Of a DNA stretch of 64,000 nt, positions 38,452 through 50,910 are shown piece by piece; position 1 is the first letter of the stretch; every line of letters starts with the position of its first letter. Made by a program: the position numbers and the translations under genes. The notes beneath the pieces were generated by a model, which worked only from the letters and a program-made list of their open reading frames with translations, was not told the DNA's origin and did no database searches. The stretch covers positions 32,674,001 through 32,738,000 of the forward strand of contig OZ076419.1 of NCBI GenBank assembly GCA_964187785.1, read 5' to 3'. Source of the stretch: Amphiscolops sp. MND2022 (lineage: Eukaryota).

Positions 38452-41400
38452 TGTAACATCCGGTTTTCGCGTCAAGGTCTCAGCGGTTTAAATAATTGCA
38501 ATCCGAGAGGAAAGGAATCATTCGTTGAAAATTTCTGCAAAGATTGGATACATTACTGTGCAAATCAAAAACTGCTGTTGTTCTTCAAGTGTTGCTACCC
38601 AGTTCACTCTTACACAATAGTTTTCAAATAGCAGTCATTCTTCGTGATGTCTTCAACTAGAGAGCAGAAAGCTAAAGAACAGCAATCTAGACAGTTTGAT
38701 ATGAAAATTGGATATGACAATGTGGGTATTCAAAGAGAATTCGAAGCTGACTCTGTGTCCAGAGGATTAGGGAACAGTACAAACCGAAAAAAGAAATGGT
38801 TTTAGGTCCCTATTTTGTACTAATAGGACCGAGAAGAGCGCATGAACTAATATGACGGCTAGGGTAAAAAAACTCAAAGGTAACTATTCAAATCTCTAGG
38901 AACCTAGATGAAACCAAAACTGACTAAATCTCGCAAATGTTACAAGCAGTTGATCCAGCAATACCCGAAAAAGTGCTTCCTCAACTACAAAATAGTTTAT
39001 GTGCGCTGGAAAATGAATTGAACGCAAAAATGGTCCTTCGGTTCGCTGGAAGGTCGAAACTAATTCAAGCCATAAAACGCGTCCCAATCAACCCGGTGTG
39101 GGTTTTAATCAACGTAAATCTGCCTCCTATAAACGAAAGAGCTCAGTAGGCAGTTAAAATAGTGAGGACAGTTACGACATGACAACAGGAGCCAATCATA
39201 CCCCTCCTGTAGTTCCTGAGTTCCCGACCGGACGTCACATGCATCCCTGAGAAAACTTGCAACAACAAGACACTGCTCGTAACGACTCTCCTGTCGCAAC
39301 TCTCCCAGTCCCAAAGATGACATCCCAGAAAACCATCACCGATATCATCAGCAGACGTACTGGTTGACGAATACCCGACCATCAGTGCAGGCACTGATTT
39401 TACGACCGGTAAGCTTAACCACACTGACATTTGATGGCCAATCAAGTAAAGATCAACTCTACGAGGATCTTTTCTACACTGTGAATGAAATTCACTTCGA
39501 AATGACAGAAACAATAAAATTAAACCATTTTCATTCTTTGTTGCGGAAATGCACTACGAACTTTCTGCAACATAATCTCTGCCAATGGCGAAATTCGAGG
39601 AGATCTTAATTTTGGAAACGTTTTGCAGAACGTACGTCAAACCAGTCACAGACAACGACAAAGCTTACATGTCACAGGCTAGGGATTTATCTGAGGAACT
39701 TTATCAGGGAGCTGAAAGAGCTTTTACGAAAAATTCCCAAGCTATAATTGATAGTCTCCTTTAGGCGAATTTAACACCAACACTGAAACATGCTGTCAAA
39801 TTGGCTTCAAAACATGTCACTCGCATTGAGCGTAAGCTCGAACTCAATGGTGTTGATGATGGTCACGATATACCGGTCCAAACTAAAACCATCACCCCAG
39901 CGACATCGCGTCCAGGTTGCTTACCTCTTCTGATACTGATACAAACTCCACGAGCAACTTCTGCAGTTGGGCACACCAAGTTCAAAAAGTTTGGGCACAC
40001 CAAGGATGCGCGCAGAAAGATCAAAAGATAAGAAGAAACCAAACGAAAATAAGGACAAACTACTGGAAAAAAAACACAAAATTGTGACTTGCGATGAAAC
40101 AAACCACCCGGAACAACAATGGAGGAAGTGCGTGAACTCACCTTAAGCACAAAAACATGAAATTGGACAATTTCAAAAGGGACCCGGTGACCACTAAAGA
40201 TAAAAATAGCGCACCAGCAACATATATTCTTGAAAACCCAAAAACTATAATCGCCAACTATAACTGACAGAGTAGGATTCGGGCAATATATTATCTTTGA
40301 TTCACCTAATGTAAGTTTTACCGAATACCCAACACTTGAAACCCGCTATCAGCGTACTTTCAGCAGCAGATGAAAAGTACTCCTACTGGCAAGTACAACA
40401 AAGACCCATTTCTACTGGAATGTTAATTTCTACAAACATTTGAACTTATATCGTAACAAAGACAAACCAAAAACCGAAGTAGAGCACGACTTTAACGACA
40501 TCGATAAGGCTCCTAAATTGGTTCAGACTAACGGATTAGTTAATCCAAGGCAGTGTTAAGGTGACTTACAAAAACTGACTCACGACGAGCGAGAGAAAAT
40601 AATAAGTGAACATGGATCACAAGTCACTTCGATTACAGCAGTAGAGGTCTTCATCGTGCACATTGAAATCACGAGACCGGGAATCTGATTAAGTCAACTT
40701 GGTCTAACCTTGGAATCGAATACAAACAGCGAATGCACTGCTTTTCAATAGATTTCGGCAAAGTATTATTTACAAAGCCTTGTAGACACTGGTGCATTAC
40801 CAAATGCATTCCCAGAAACTGATAGCCAAAAAATCCTATGTTTAGAACCTCAGTAATTCATTAAAGACTTTTCAGCGCCAAACGTTTTAATAATGGTTTC
40901 AACTAGACAGCTGGAAAAATCAAAAGGCACGGTCTATTTGAAATTTGGCGTCGGCAACATTGATTTTGTGAAAGTTTGATAGTATTAGAAAACTTACCAG
41001 TCCACTCATTGGTCTGTCATTCCTACAAACGAACGACACCACTTTGTACATGAGCTAAGTAACCCTGATATTCCCCTTCTCCGAGCAATTGAAAACAGAG
41101 GATCCGAATTACACACCAAGGTCATTGAATCTATTTGCATTCCGGAGGACGTAGCAATCCCTTCAAGTGATGAAAGGTTCATGACAATGTATCTCCAAGT
41201 ATTTGCAGACAGTAGTGTCACAGGCATACTTCAACCGAGCAGTGTTCTCATTGAAAGACGCCACATCACCTTCTGTGCTGCACTAGTTACACTGACACAA
41301 TGGTAGATTGTGTACCGTGAAAATAGTTTCACAGATCATCCGTACAAAATCAAAAAGGGTTCACATATAGCCTTTCTCTGCGTTCAGTCACCTGAACAAA

Positions 41401-44400
41401 TGAAATTTGCCACATCTACCGACTCGGTGACTACATGGGACCTACTTCAAGACAACGGTTGAACCGTGGAAACGCCGCCTTGCATGCAAGCAGCTTGCTG
41501 AAATTCAAAACACTCGCAGACTTCAAGGAAAACTACTGGTTTCCAAGATCGGGAATCCCTGGGGCCCTGAGGAGTGTACACCCATTCCGAAACGTATTCT
41601 CATGCTTCAAAAACCCTTCAAGAATTGAAAAAGTTCATATTGCAGATGATACTGAGTCAAGACAAAAATTTCTAAGCAACCCCAACTGGACGCACTCTAT
41701 GCTAGAGAAAGATGAAATTGTCCGCAAAGAACACTCCTCGTCGAATTCTACGACCTCTTTGCACGATGCAAATATGACATTGGCATGAACAAAACCTACT
41801 ATCAAATTGACACTTTATGACAATTCATTAGCCTATAGCCAAATTCGCCCGACGCAAAATAACCTGAAAAAAACATACATGTCGAAATGGTTTTTCTATG
41901 CCGTTTCCTGATAAAAACAGACCCCGCAGTTTTTGAGTACGCGAGTCCAATTTTTGCCCAAAACAAACCAAATAGGGACATACTTTTAGTCGTTTATTCA
42001 ATAACCTGATGTTACTTGATTACATAAGTAACCATTCGATCAGCACTCTCATCGAGGCAGCCCAACATATGACACTGAAACTCTTTTGAAAATTGGACTG
42101 TCCACAAGCGTGTCCATTCCTGCAATCGGTTGACCAAAGGTCCATTGAGATGTTGGCATTGGGTTTTGCGAACAGGAAGTTAAACTCAGCATTATCTGCA
42201 TTTTCATGTGCGAGTATTTGGACCAAATTGCGCTTATTTTGTTGATGACGTCTGTATAGTGGCCAAAGATGTCAAGCAAGCCGTCAAAAACCTCAGAGCA
42301 ACGTTTGAGTGAATCGAGAAGGAATGATTGAAAATAACACCGCACAAATGTCATTCTCTGGAGCGACGGAAATTGATTTCTTGGGACGCAGAGTCACTCG
42401 TGATAGGATGAAGCCGCAGACCCACGGGTCTAAAAACTTTCTAAAAAACACGCAACATCGAAAAAAGTATTGCAGCAAAAGCTGGGATTTGAAAATTTCT
42501 ATTGGACGTACATCCAAAGGCCAACAGAAAAGCTAACTCATGTGGCACTAAAACAACTTTTGCTGAATAAACAGATAGCACTGAAGTCTTATACCAGTTT
42601 TATAAACATGGCAACACAAACAGCAAGCGAGAAGTAACCCAGCCAAATACACACCGGTTATTTAATTCAAAACTGTCAGCATTCATATTTGTAGATATCA
42701 TACACTTTTGCCCCTTCAGATACTTTCCAACCAAAATCAACACTACAGCTATTGAAAAAAAACAACCATGTCATTTTACTGCGCCTCAAATCAAAACAAT
42801 AGTAGTACTCAGAGCCCATTTTACAGCAAGATAGACAATAGGTACCAACGTTTCTATGGACAGACGAAATCAAAATCCAGAAGTAATACAATGAAAGCGG
42901 TTACACAATCAAGTGCTAGTACTCAAACACCAGTGATGAAATTACTCGAATCTCTCCACGGGAAAGCGAGGAAACACCCGGGAACTTCCAAATTGTTACT
43001 ACAAGAAACTCGTCGAAAAAAAAATATCTTCCGGGCGTTGCAAAAAAGTCAATGAATGGGTGACGGATAGGAAACTTGCATCAAAGACACTTAAATTACA
43101 AATTCGGTATAACTCCCGAATTACTTGAGTTCACAGAAAGGGATTTTGGTTCAAAAGACGCTATGCAAATCGATTTGACAACCACGTTACCTTCAAGTGG
43201 CGGATATGAAAAAGAGTAACGTCAAAGGACACCTTCTTGCAAAAGCTTTTGCCTACCCTATCACGGACACACCTGTCACTAACACAGATAAAGTATTCCT
43301 TGACAAACCTTCTAAGCACACTTCTTTGCAGAAATTTCGATAGCTGACAAAGAAACACTCTTTACGTCAAAATTACTCACTGAAAAAGCGCAAGTTGTTG
43401 CCATTCACGTCAAGTGCGCGACAACCAAACACCCACAAACGAACGACAAATTAGAAAGAACACATGCAAGTCTTAAGACCAATCTCAAACTTTACAGTTT
43501 TCAACTATAACGCAACCTGGCAAACCATCCAGAGTTTTCCACGGAAGGTCCCTATGAACATCCTAGACCACAAGTTTTCATTCCCAACCCAAAAAACTTA
43601 CCAACAACGGACTTCGCTGATCAATTCCACTGACGGACAACAATACTGCATGACACTACGGAAAAACATCATTCAATCGTATTGAAAATACAAAGAATAC
43701 CACAACCGAAAGAATAGGGCTGAGTCTTTGAAACTTTTCGACTACTGTTGCATCTTGTAATCTTTTGCTGAGCATGAGGGATCAAAATTTCCTTTTTGGT
43801 AATTTAGGTGGATCGGACCATGTATCGTGGTAAAGATGAAACCGAATGAAAACTATATTGTACGGAAGCTTAACAATAGCAAGCTACAAATTTCGCGCAG
43901 AGGTCGTCTACATTACGAACAGAATACAATTCCACAAGAAAATCGTCCTGAAAGTAGTTTACAGTCTAATGATGGAGTTGCTAACCCACAAGATGACATA
44001 TGCGTCATCACTTAGAAAACAACCGTCGGTGATTTCCCACAAACCAACGGGATTGAACGAACAACATCATCCGGAGACGATGCTGACATTGTTAGACCTA
44101 CCTAATTCGGACGACCTAATGGACCTAATTTGGACCTAATGCTGGACAACAGGATCAAGTTCTTACCGATGTGGCCCTGCGGTTCTCTGGCCCAAAGAAA
44201 AACTTCAGTTTCGATTTTGACCCTGGTGAACATATGAAACCACACCAATTGGATTCCCGCCTAACTGACAAAACGTCGTCAGAGGAGAGCGTGTTCGATG
44301 TAACAGTTGACGACATACTGATATCGTTGTAGATTATGAAAGTCCCAAGGGAGGAATCTACAACCTACTGTGGACTAGCAATCTTTAGAACGCTCAGAAG

Positions 44401-46150
44401 CTTCTCGCAGAGCAATGGTTGGATAACTTGACAGATTGTGGTTGCTTCACTGAAGTAACGCTTTGATATTGCGCTACTAGTACCAGAAAAAGAAGCATGC
44501 TCTCTATCATCAACAGGGTCTTCTTCGGGGAGACTGTCTAATCCGAGCACTTATGGTGTCGGCTGAAGTGAACCTGTTGTTGACACTGGACTCTGAAACA
44601 CTTTCGACTACAATTTTTGCTCGAGTCGTGTCGCATGAAAACATAGGAGGACTGGTGCAAGGACGACTGCTATAGGCGAATAAATAGGATTCCAAAAGCG
44701 AATTACATATGGTGACTTTTCGTTTTTTCCTCGTCGATTCAGCGACTGTATCTCGCAAAGAAGATTGAATTGGGATATTTAGTGAGTCTAAGAATTTAAC
44801 AAAAGGAATAGATTCAGAAAGTTCATCGGAGTAGCTAATTGAGTTTTTGAGACACTTTCTGACCGCTGCACTTTTATTTTTCTTAGATGAATTAGGAACC
44901 ACTGGCGAAGTTGGCGGACTCCTCTTGGCAGACACCCCGAAATTTTTCTCAAAGATGCAAGCCTAAAATTCTCCTCTGATCCGCTGCTGCTGAATGCAAA
45001 GACTTTTTCTTTTGAGGTTTGTTTTGTCCTTAGGTTGGGTCAAATCTATCATCTGTCCAGACGGGGTACTAGGCAGCACTGAATAGGTTGTTTCCGGTTC
45101 ATGGAGTATCAATGTAATAGGAGTCTCGACCATAGCACCCTATGGTTCAACAGATGTTTGGCCAACTCTTTCAATATCTGAAGAAGATGATATAAATAAA
45201 GGCGGTTCACAGCCTATTGAACTAAACAACTTACCGCTTTTCAAAGACTCTCGGAAACAAATTCACAACATTCGCATTTCACATTTCAATCATTTCACAA
45301 AAGAGGAAGTTAATTAGTCAAAGGAGAGCCCCGATAAAGCTTGATTTCGACACTTAAAGGACATACCTTACGATACTACCATGACGAGAGATCGGACTTT
45401 TCAGTCTCTTGATAATGAGGATTGTGCGAATGGTATACTCCTAGATTGACCACAAAAAAGAAAGCCCATACCAAATTCCTAATAGAAAAAGCGTTAAAAC
45501 GTTTCGGTGGATAAAGAATAGTGTCCGGAACTGACAACTGGGACATGATGCGGCAGGATAAACAAGTCTAATTCTAATAACATCCAACTTGTTGAAATTG
45601 AAGAAGCTTACCTGTTTAGTTGGTTTAACTTCTTCTATCAACTACTGGCATGAACAATACTGGCAAAAATAAATTGTTACTGTTACTAGTTTTAGATCTT
45701 TTGTGGTACATGACGTACTGGTTTTTTAGCTTATCAACACACCGTTTTGAGCTTCAGTGACGTGAATGTTATTTTTAGACTTTTGACACACGGCTTTCCG
45801 CGTGTCATTACCTGCAACCCGAGAGGGTAGAGACTATTATCTCACAAACTCTCAAACGATTCAATTCATTACTGTGCAAATCATAACCGGCTGTTGTTCT
45901 CCATTTGTTGTTAAGCAGTTCACCCATGTAACATAGTTTTAAATAACATTCATTCCTTGGGATGTTTTCAACAAGAAAGCAGAAAGCTAAAGAAATCGCT
46001 CTGGACAGTCAGATGTAATGTTCGACTTAGAAGATCTGAATGATTTTGGGAAGTTTCCCAAGAAGTGGATATCAAAATGAGTTCATTCTAAAAGAAGTTC
46101 AAGCGGACTGAATGGCCGGAGGACTATAGGAAAACAAAACAAAAAATTGT
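38452..46150 (+). mobile_element. Very old Ty3/Gypsy element with strongly diverged putative LTRs
   Basis: Gag-like FDGQSSKDQLYEDLF...NHFHSLLR (39400-39550); LVDTGALPNA (40779-40808); FVDDV (42238-42252); integrase MQIDL..LPSSGGYE (43160-43210). Diverged direct repeats ~38452-38800 and ~45784-46150. Boundaries uncertain. Confidence 0.75.
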
Positions 46151-47110
46151 TTGTCTCAAAATGGTGTTTCAAAATAGTCTAGGTGTACTTGAAAACAGAA
46201 TCAGCTCAGAAATGGATGTTCGTTCCGCAGGACTACACAGAAACACCGAAACTATTTCAATCCAAAGTTCGCGTCCCAATCAATCCAAGGTTATTTTATT
46301 CGAAGTGTTTCGGCCTACTGTGAAGAGGAGAGCTTCGTTGACTCTCACGTTATTTCTTACAGATAAATGGGCTCAGTTGTTTCCTTACACTATCTAACGC
46401 ATAGTTCCTTTTTTGTAACAGTAATGAAGTCGAATTGCTTATCATGAAAAAGCGTTTCCTTTCAGCCATATGTTCTATCGTTTTGGCATCCCTGTGGAGA
46501 TACTGGCATCCCGATATTTGCCCACAAGCAACCCGCCTTGGTCGAAATTGCTTGAACGCTTTGCGTGCTCAATAGTTTTCAAAAACTTTCGTTAAGATTT
46601 TTCTAATTTCTTCCGGAAACTTTCATGCCACAACATTTCCTTGTTCCATCTGACTTTTATGAGCTGCTTGAAACAAGCACATTAAACTTGGCGACAATGC
46701 TAATCCTTGAAGTTATGCCAGTTTCGTTTCATTTTAAAAGCAGTTCATTTTAAATGCATCTAAGATGTTGTCATTTTCATTGCCATTTTATTGCGAATTG
46801 GTTCAGGACGTAAACAACGTACTACAATCATTTTCTGCATGCTATTTGAGAAGGCTATTTGAGAACGCTGAGAGACGTATTTCTCAGTTGAAAATGCAAC
46901 CAAGTTTACCACCGAAATTCGTACTTGATTTTCCAAAATTAGCCACCAAAATTACTCTGCAGCATGTAAAAAGTTCCAGCTGTCTCGACTAGGTGACTGG
47001 CAGTCAAAAGTTTGTCACTCAAGCATCGCGCTTCTGGGAACGGCGCCATGTAGCTCAGCTGTTTGTGTTGCAATGGCGGCGCTTCTAGTAGTCTATCACG
47101 GCAAGACGTA

Positions 47111-47277
47111 TCAAGAGGATCAAGAGGATCGAGAGGATCGAGAGGGTCAAGAGGATCAAGAGGATCAAGAGGATCAAGAGGAGGATCAAGAGGAGGATCA
47201 AGAGGAGGATCAAGAGGAGGATCAAGAGGATCAAGAGGAGGATCAAGAGGATCAAGAGGATCAAGAGGATCAAGATA
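47111..47277. repeat. 9/12-bp minisatellite (GAGGATCAA with extra GAG units)
   Basis: Directly visible tandem array. Confidence 0.97.
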
Positions 47278-48099
47278 ACATTTCAAGCACTTACCTGTCA
47301 TTACTTTAATTTCTCGTGCTTAGATTTCACTCGATCTTTGATTTGAATCAATGGCTCTGTGATAGCCCTATTTGGATTGCATTGGCTTCTGAGCAAGTGC
47401 TTGACACGGTGGCAACATGATCTAGATGTAACCAAAATTTTTCCCTAAAAACTCCCTAAAATTTCTTCAAAAAGGACCTCATTTTTGTTTTTAATCAGTT
47501 TTATATGGATGGAAAAGCCCTTGTTACCTTGTTGATAAATAGAGGTCACATTACAAGTTTTTGAAAAACGCAAGCAAGTTGGGTCAAAACTATTTTTAGC
47601 TCATCCCTCATCTCATTTCAGTTGTTATATTTTTGTAGGTAGTGGAAAGATTGTTATGGCTAAAAGTGATGTTCACTCAGAATAGAACATCAGGCGCGGT
47701 AAGCAAGATCTTACTGATTTTGCGCCTTAACTTATAAAGAGACATTTTTAACTAAAAAGTATATCAACCCGTCTGAAATTACACTACCTTAGTTTATCCG
47801 CGTTTACACCAAAAGAACGCTTGACATCGATTTCGAACCGATAATTACTGTCGGAATACTCCCAACAACAGGATGGACGGAAAAAGAACCGTCGATACTG
47901 GCCATAAAAGGTATCATCTGTAGACTTTCATTAGGGCACGAAACATTATCACAGTACAAATACGACACTTCGAAGAACAATAAAACCAAAACAATACCTA
48001 CCACAACCTCTAGGGCAACTTCTTCTAGACCAAGCAACTCGAGAGTGAAACAGGAAGATCACTGAAAGAGTGGTTGGTTTGGCGAGAAATTGTCAGTTC

Positions 48100-48380
48100 A
48101 AGGCATGAAAGAAAAAGACCTAATGATCTTCATATTAATGAGTAGCATTAGCAGCATTTTTGAAAAGTATTTTTTCGTTTTTCTTTTCGGAAAAGTCCCT
48201 GAAAAAATGCCAAAAACGAAGCTTCCAGCTCGCAAAACTGCTTTCTCTGAAGCCGGAATAGGTCACAAAAGCAATGGGTTTACCTTTGACAAAATGGAAG
48301 TTTCGAGAAAAGACGCTCAGAAAAAAATTCAAAAAACTCGTGAAATATGTTTCCTGAACTGAAACCTTCTAAACTTTACC
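48100..48380. repeat. Dispersed A-tract repeat family, related to 62380-62940
   Basis: Shared gccaaaaac...cagctcgcaaaact(g/a)ctttctc...aagccg(g/a)aat core with 62490-62545. Confidence 0.65.
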
Positions 48381-48570
48381 TATCGTGAAAAAATCTCGCC
48401 AAAATTTATTCAATTCGGTAGGTTGCATAGGGCCGGAAAAACTTCGAAGTAACCATCTATACTAGCAAAACGCTTCGTTTGGAATGACAATTCAAAATTC
48501 GTATGACGCCGACAAAATTCTGAGAATGAACTCTTTGGACTCTCTTTACTTTTGCAAACAAAAATTTTTT

Positions 48571-48740
48571 TTGGTCAAGTGCAAGAGTCGAACCCACGTA
48601 CCGCGATAAGCACTGGGCTCAGTGGCAGTGACTAACTTTGCCAGAACTGAAAACTGAAACTTTATATTGAACGTTTTCGACTAGTTCATTTGTTTCGAAA
48701 AAAGAACATGACGAAAAACCATGACTATAGTCGCTCTTTT
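48571..48740 (-). repeat. tRNA-derived SINE-like fragment
   Basis: B-box GTACGTGGGTTCGACTC on -. Shares agtggcag and catgactatagtc with 62958-63165. Confidence 0.55.
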
Positions 48741-48789
48741 ATAACGAAATGCACCGACTACAAAATTGCAGAAACTGTCGCCCGAAGTT

Positions 48790-50761
48790 CAAATTAGGAA
48801 CTAGGTGAGAACTGCATCAGAGAAACGCCCACACATGCCGAACAGAGAGGAACTACTAAACCAAATGTCTACCGAAAAAGCAAGAAACGACTCGACCCAG
48901 TTTATATCTTAATAGTGGAACGCTATTTTTAGCCATCAAACATTGAAAATTTGCAGTCAGTGGTAAACTATTGGATATTACCATTTCGAAAAAGTTTTTA
49001 CAGACAAATCAACATTACAACAGTCTATCAAGAAACGCTACAGCGATCTCTCGGCTGCCAGAGAAATGTAGGGCTAGATGACAATCATATTCACCAGAAG
49101 AAGTAGCCGAGAAGACTATCCGAAGGAACTAAAATACGAGAATTAACGAATGAATGTGCGAATGTACTAATACGGAATCAGACGAAGCAATGAACAAACG
49201 ACAGCAAACAAAATAAACTCGAGCCACAAACAGCACTAAAAATACACAAAATTTTTCCTCCGTGTGATAAATTGTTTTGCAAAAGTTACCACGAATCTGT
49301 TCGAAAAGACACACAAAACACGCCGAAGAAAAAAGGATAATGAGAAGAACAGGAGGAGCAACGACTTTACCAACCTAAACGAAGAAATATCAAATCTCCG
49401 ACATCCCCTCCACTGCAACGAAAAAAAAAGAAAACATATTTTTATGGGTGCTTGCAAAACTAGCATAATGGTAAAATCATAACAACAAAGACCAAAAAAC
49501 GGTAGCAAATTTGCAAACAGCTGCTTCAACGACTCCACTCAATCTACACTGGATCGGTTCACAGAGCTACCAGCACTGGAAAAAGTGCGCAAAGCAGAGC
49601 TTTAAATACCGCCATCGCTAAACTGGTGGCTGTGAACAAAACCAGATGTCGCAATTTTACCGAATCACAGATTAGATCTTATGCAACCATGCCTCATTCG
49701 CGCTCGCGAGAAAAAAAAACATGTGAACAAACGCTAAAACTCCAGACACTTACAACTACGAGCACTTGAATTCTCAAAAATCAAGAGCACAAACTACAAA
49801 GATGACCGCTAATTTCTCTGTGACGACGGCTAATCAAGACAACATTGGTGGCAGATGACCAAATCAAGCAATATATCCAACTAAAGATTGCCGCAAGAAT
49901 AAACAAAACTCGGACACCGATGCTGTTAGTAGATGACAAAATCATCATCCCTAACCTAATAGTGTCCGGTATGCGGCCCTGAATGCACTGCGTTCGGTCA
50001 CGTTCGAGTTAGCAGAATATCCACAGATGCACAGACATTCCGGTGAGCAAATTTGCATGTGGACATTGAAAGGAGCGCAACAAACGGCTAATCATGCTAC
50101 ATGACCGGCAATTAATCGTCATCTACAAAAAAACATTCTCACTCGGATGTCCGGAATTCCAAAAAGTAAACAATCGCATGTTCTTCACAGAAGCTGTAAA
50201 AAAAGTAGCTGATCTCCGACAACAAAAGTTGTGAAGATACACGCTTATATAAATATTCCCTAAATATTCGGGGAGTGCCAGAATTATCCAAATCGTACCG
50301 CGATGGCACTTCCGTATCCAGTGATTACACTAATAACTGTAATCAAAACATTGAAATTAAGTAGGGTTCTGATGAGTTTCGTTCAAATAGACCGTGCAGT
50401 TAGGAACTCACAATTTAACTATCGTTTCACCTTTCTTGGGTAAATTCCAGGAAGGACTCTTTGGACTGTGAATTCAGCGCGAAACCTCAAGCGGCGTTAT
50501 CGGTACCGTTGAAGAGACATACCGCAAAAACTGTTAGAAACAAAACAATTTTCCAGAGCCCAACCTCCCGGCCGAACAAGATTGTAATTGAACACTCAAC
50601 CAACGACAAGAGAACAGATTGAAAGACAAACAGCTCGATGGGCAGGAGAGAGGAGACACTCCAGCTATATCTGCGGCTGACAACACCCATGCAAACGGCT
50701 GCGTTTGGGCATCCCAGCCGAGAAGAGAAAAGGCAATTCAAATCACCCAACAAACAACTGC
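48790..50761 (+). mobile_element. Highly degraded Gypsy pol fragments (related to element C), target of the BEL B insertion
   Basis: MPNREELL at 48835 (cf. MPNKEEL in element C); traces of RT, RNase H and integrase motifs with many indels. Confidence 0.6.
50619..50761. repeat. Left copy of a 143-bp target duplication (right copy 57373-57515)
   Basis: ttgaaagacaaacagctcgatggg...caacaaacaactgc recurs at 57373-57515 with 2 substitutions. Confidence 0.96.
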
Positions 50762-50910
50762 TATAAGAGAAAAGGTGGGTCTTTCATTCTTATATTCTCA
50801 ATTATTAATGGTTCTCATTCTCAGTGAGAACACAACATGATGAAAGTCAAGAAGTAGTAATACATTTATGAGTCACTTCAGTTTAGTTGTTATGAGTCAC
50901 TTCAGTGACA

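Noticed and set aside
41200-41400. Possible dUTPase-like region between protease and RT of the old Gypsy element
   Set aside because: Too degraded; conserved dUTPase motifs could not be read.
47111-47277. Possible CRISPR-like array (also considered for 56277-57121)
   Set aside because: No unique spacers, no cas genes, eukaryotic context.
46939-47309. EDQ / DPL / RGS / ILL repeat ORFs
   Set aside because: All frames of a 9-bp minisatellite are open. A strong minus-strand donor (CAG|GTAAGT at ~47294) suggests the array is intronic. No independent coding evidence.
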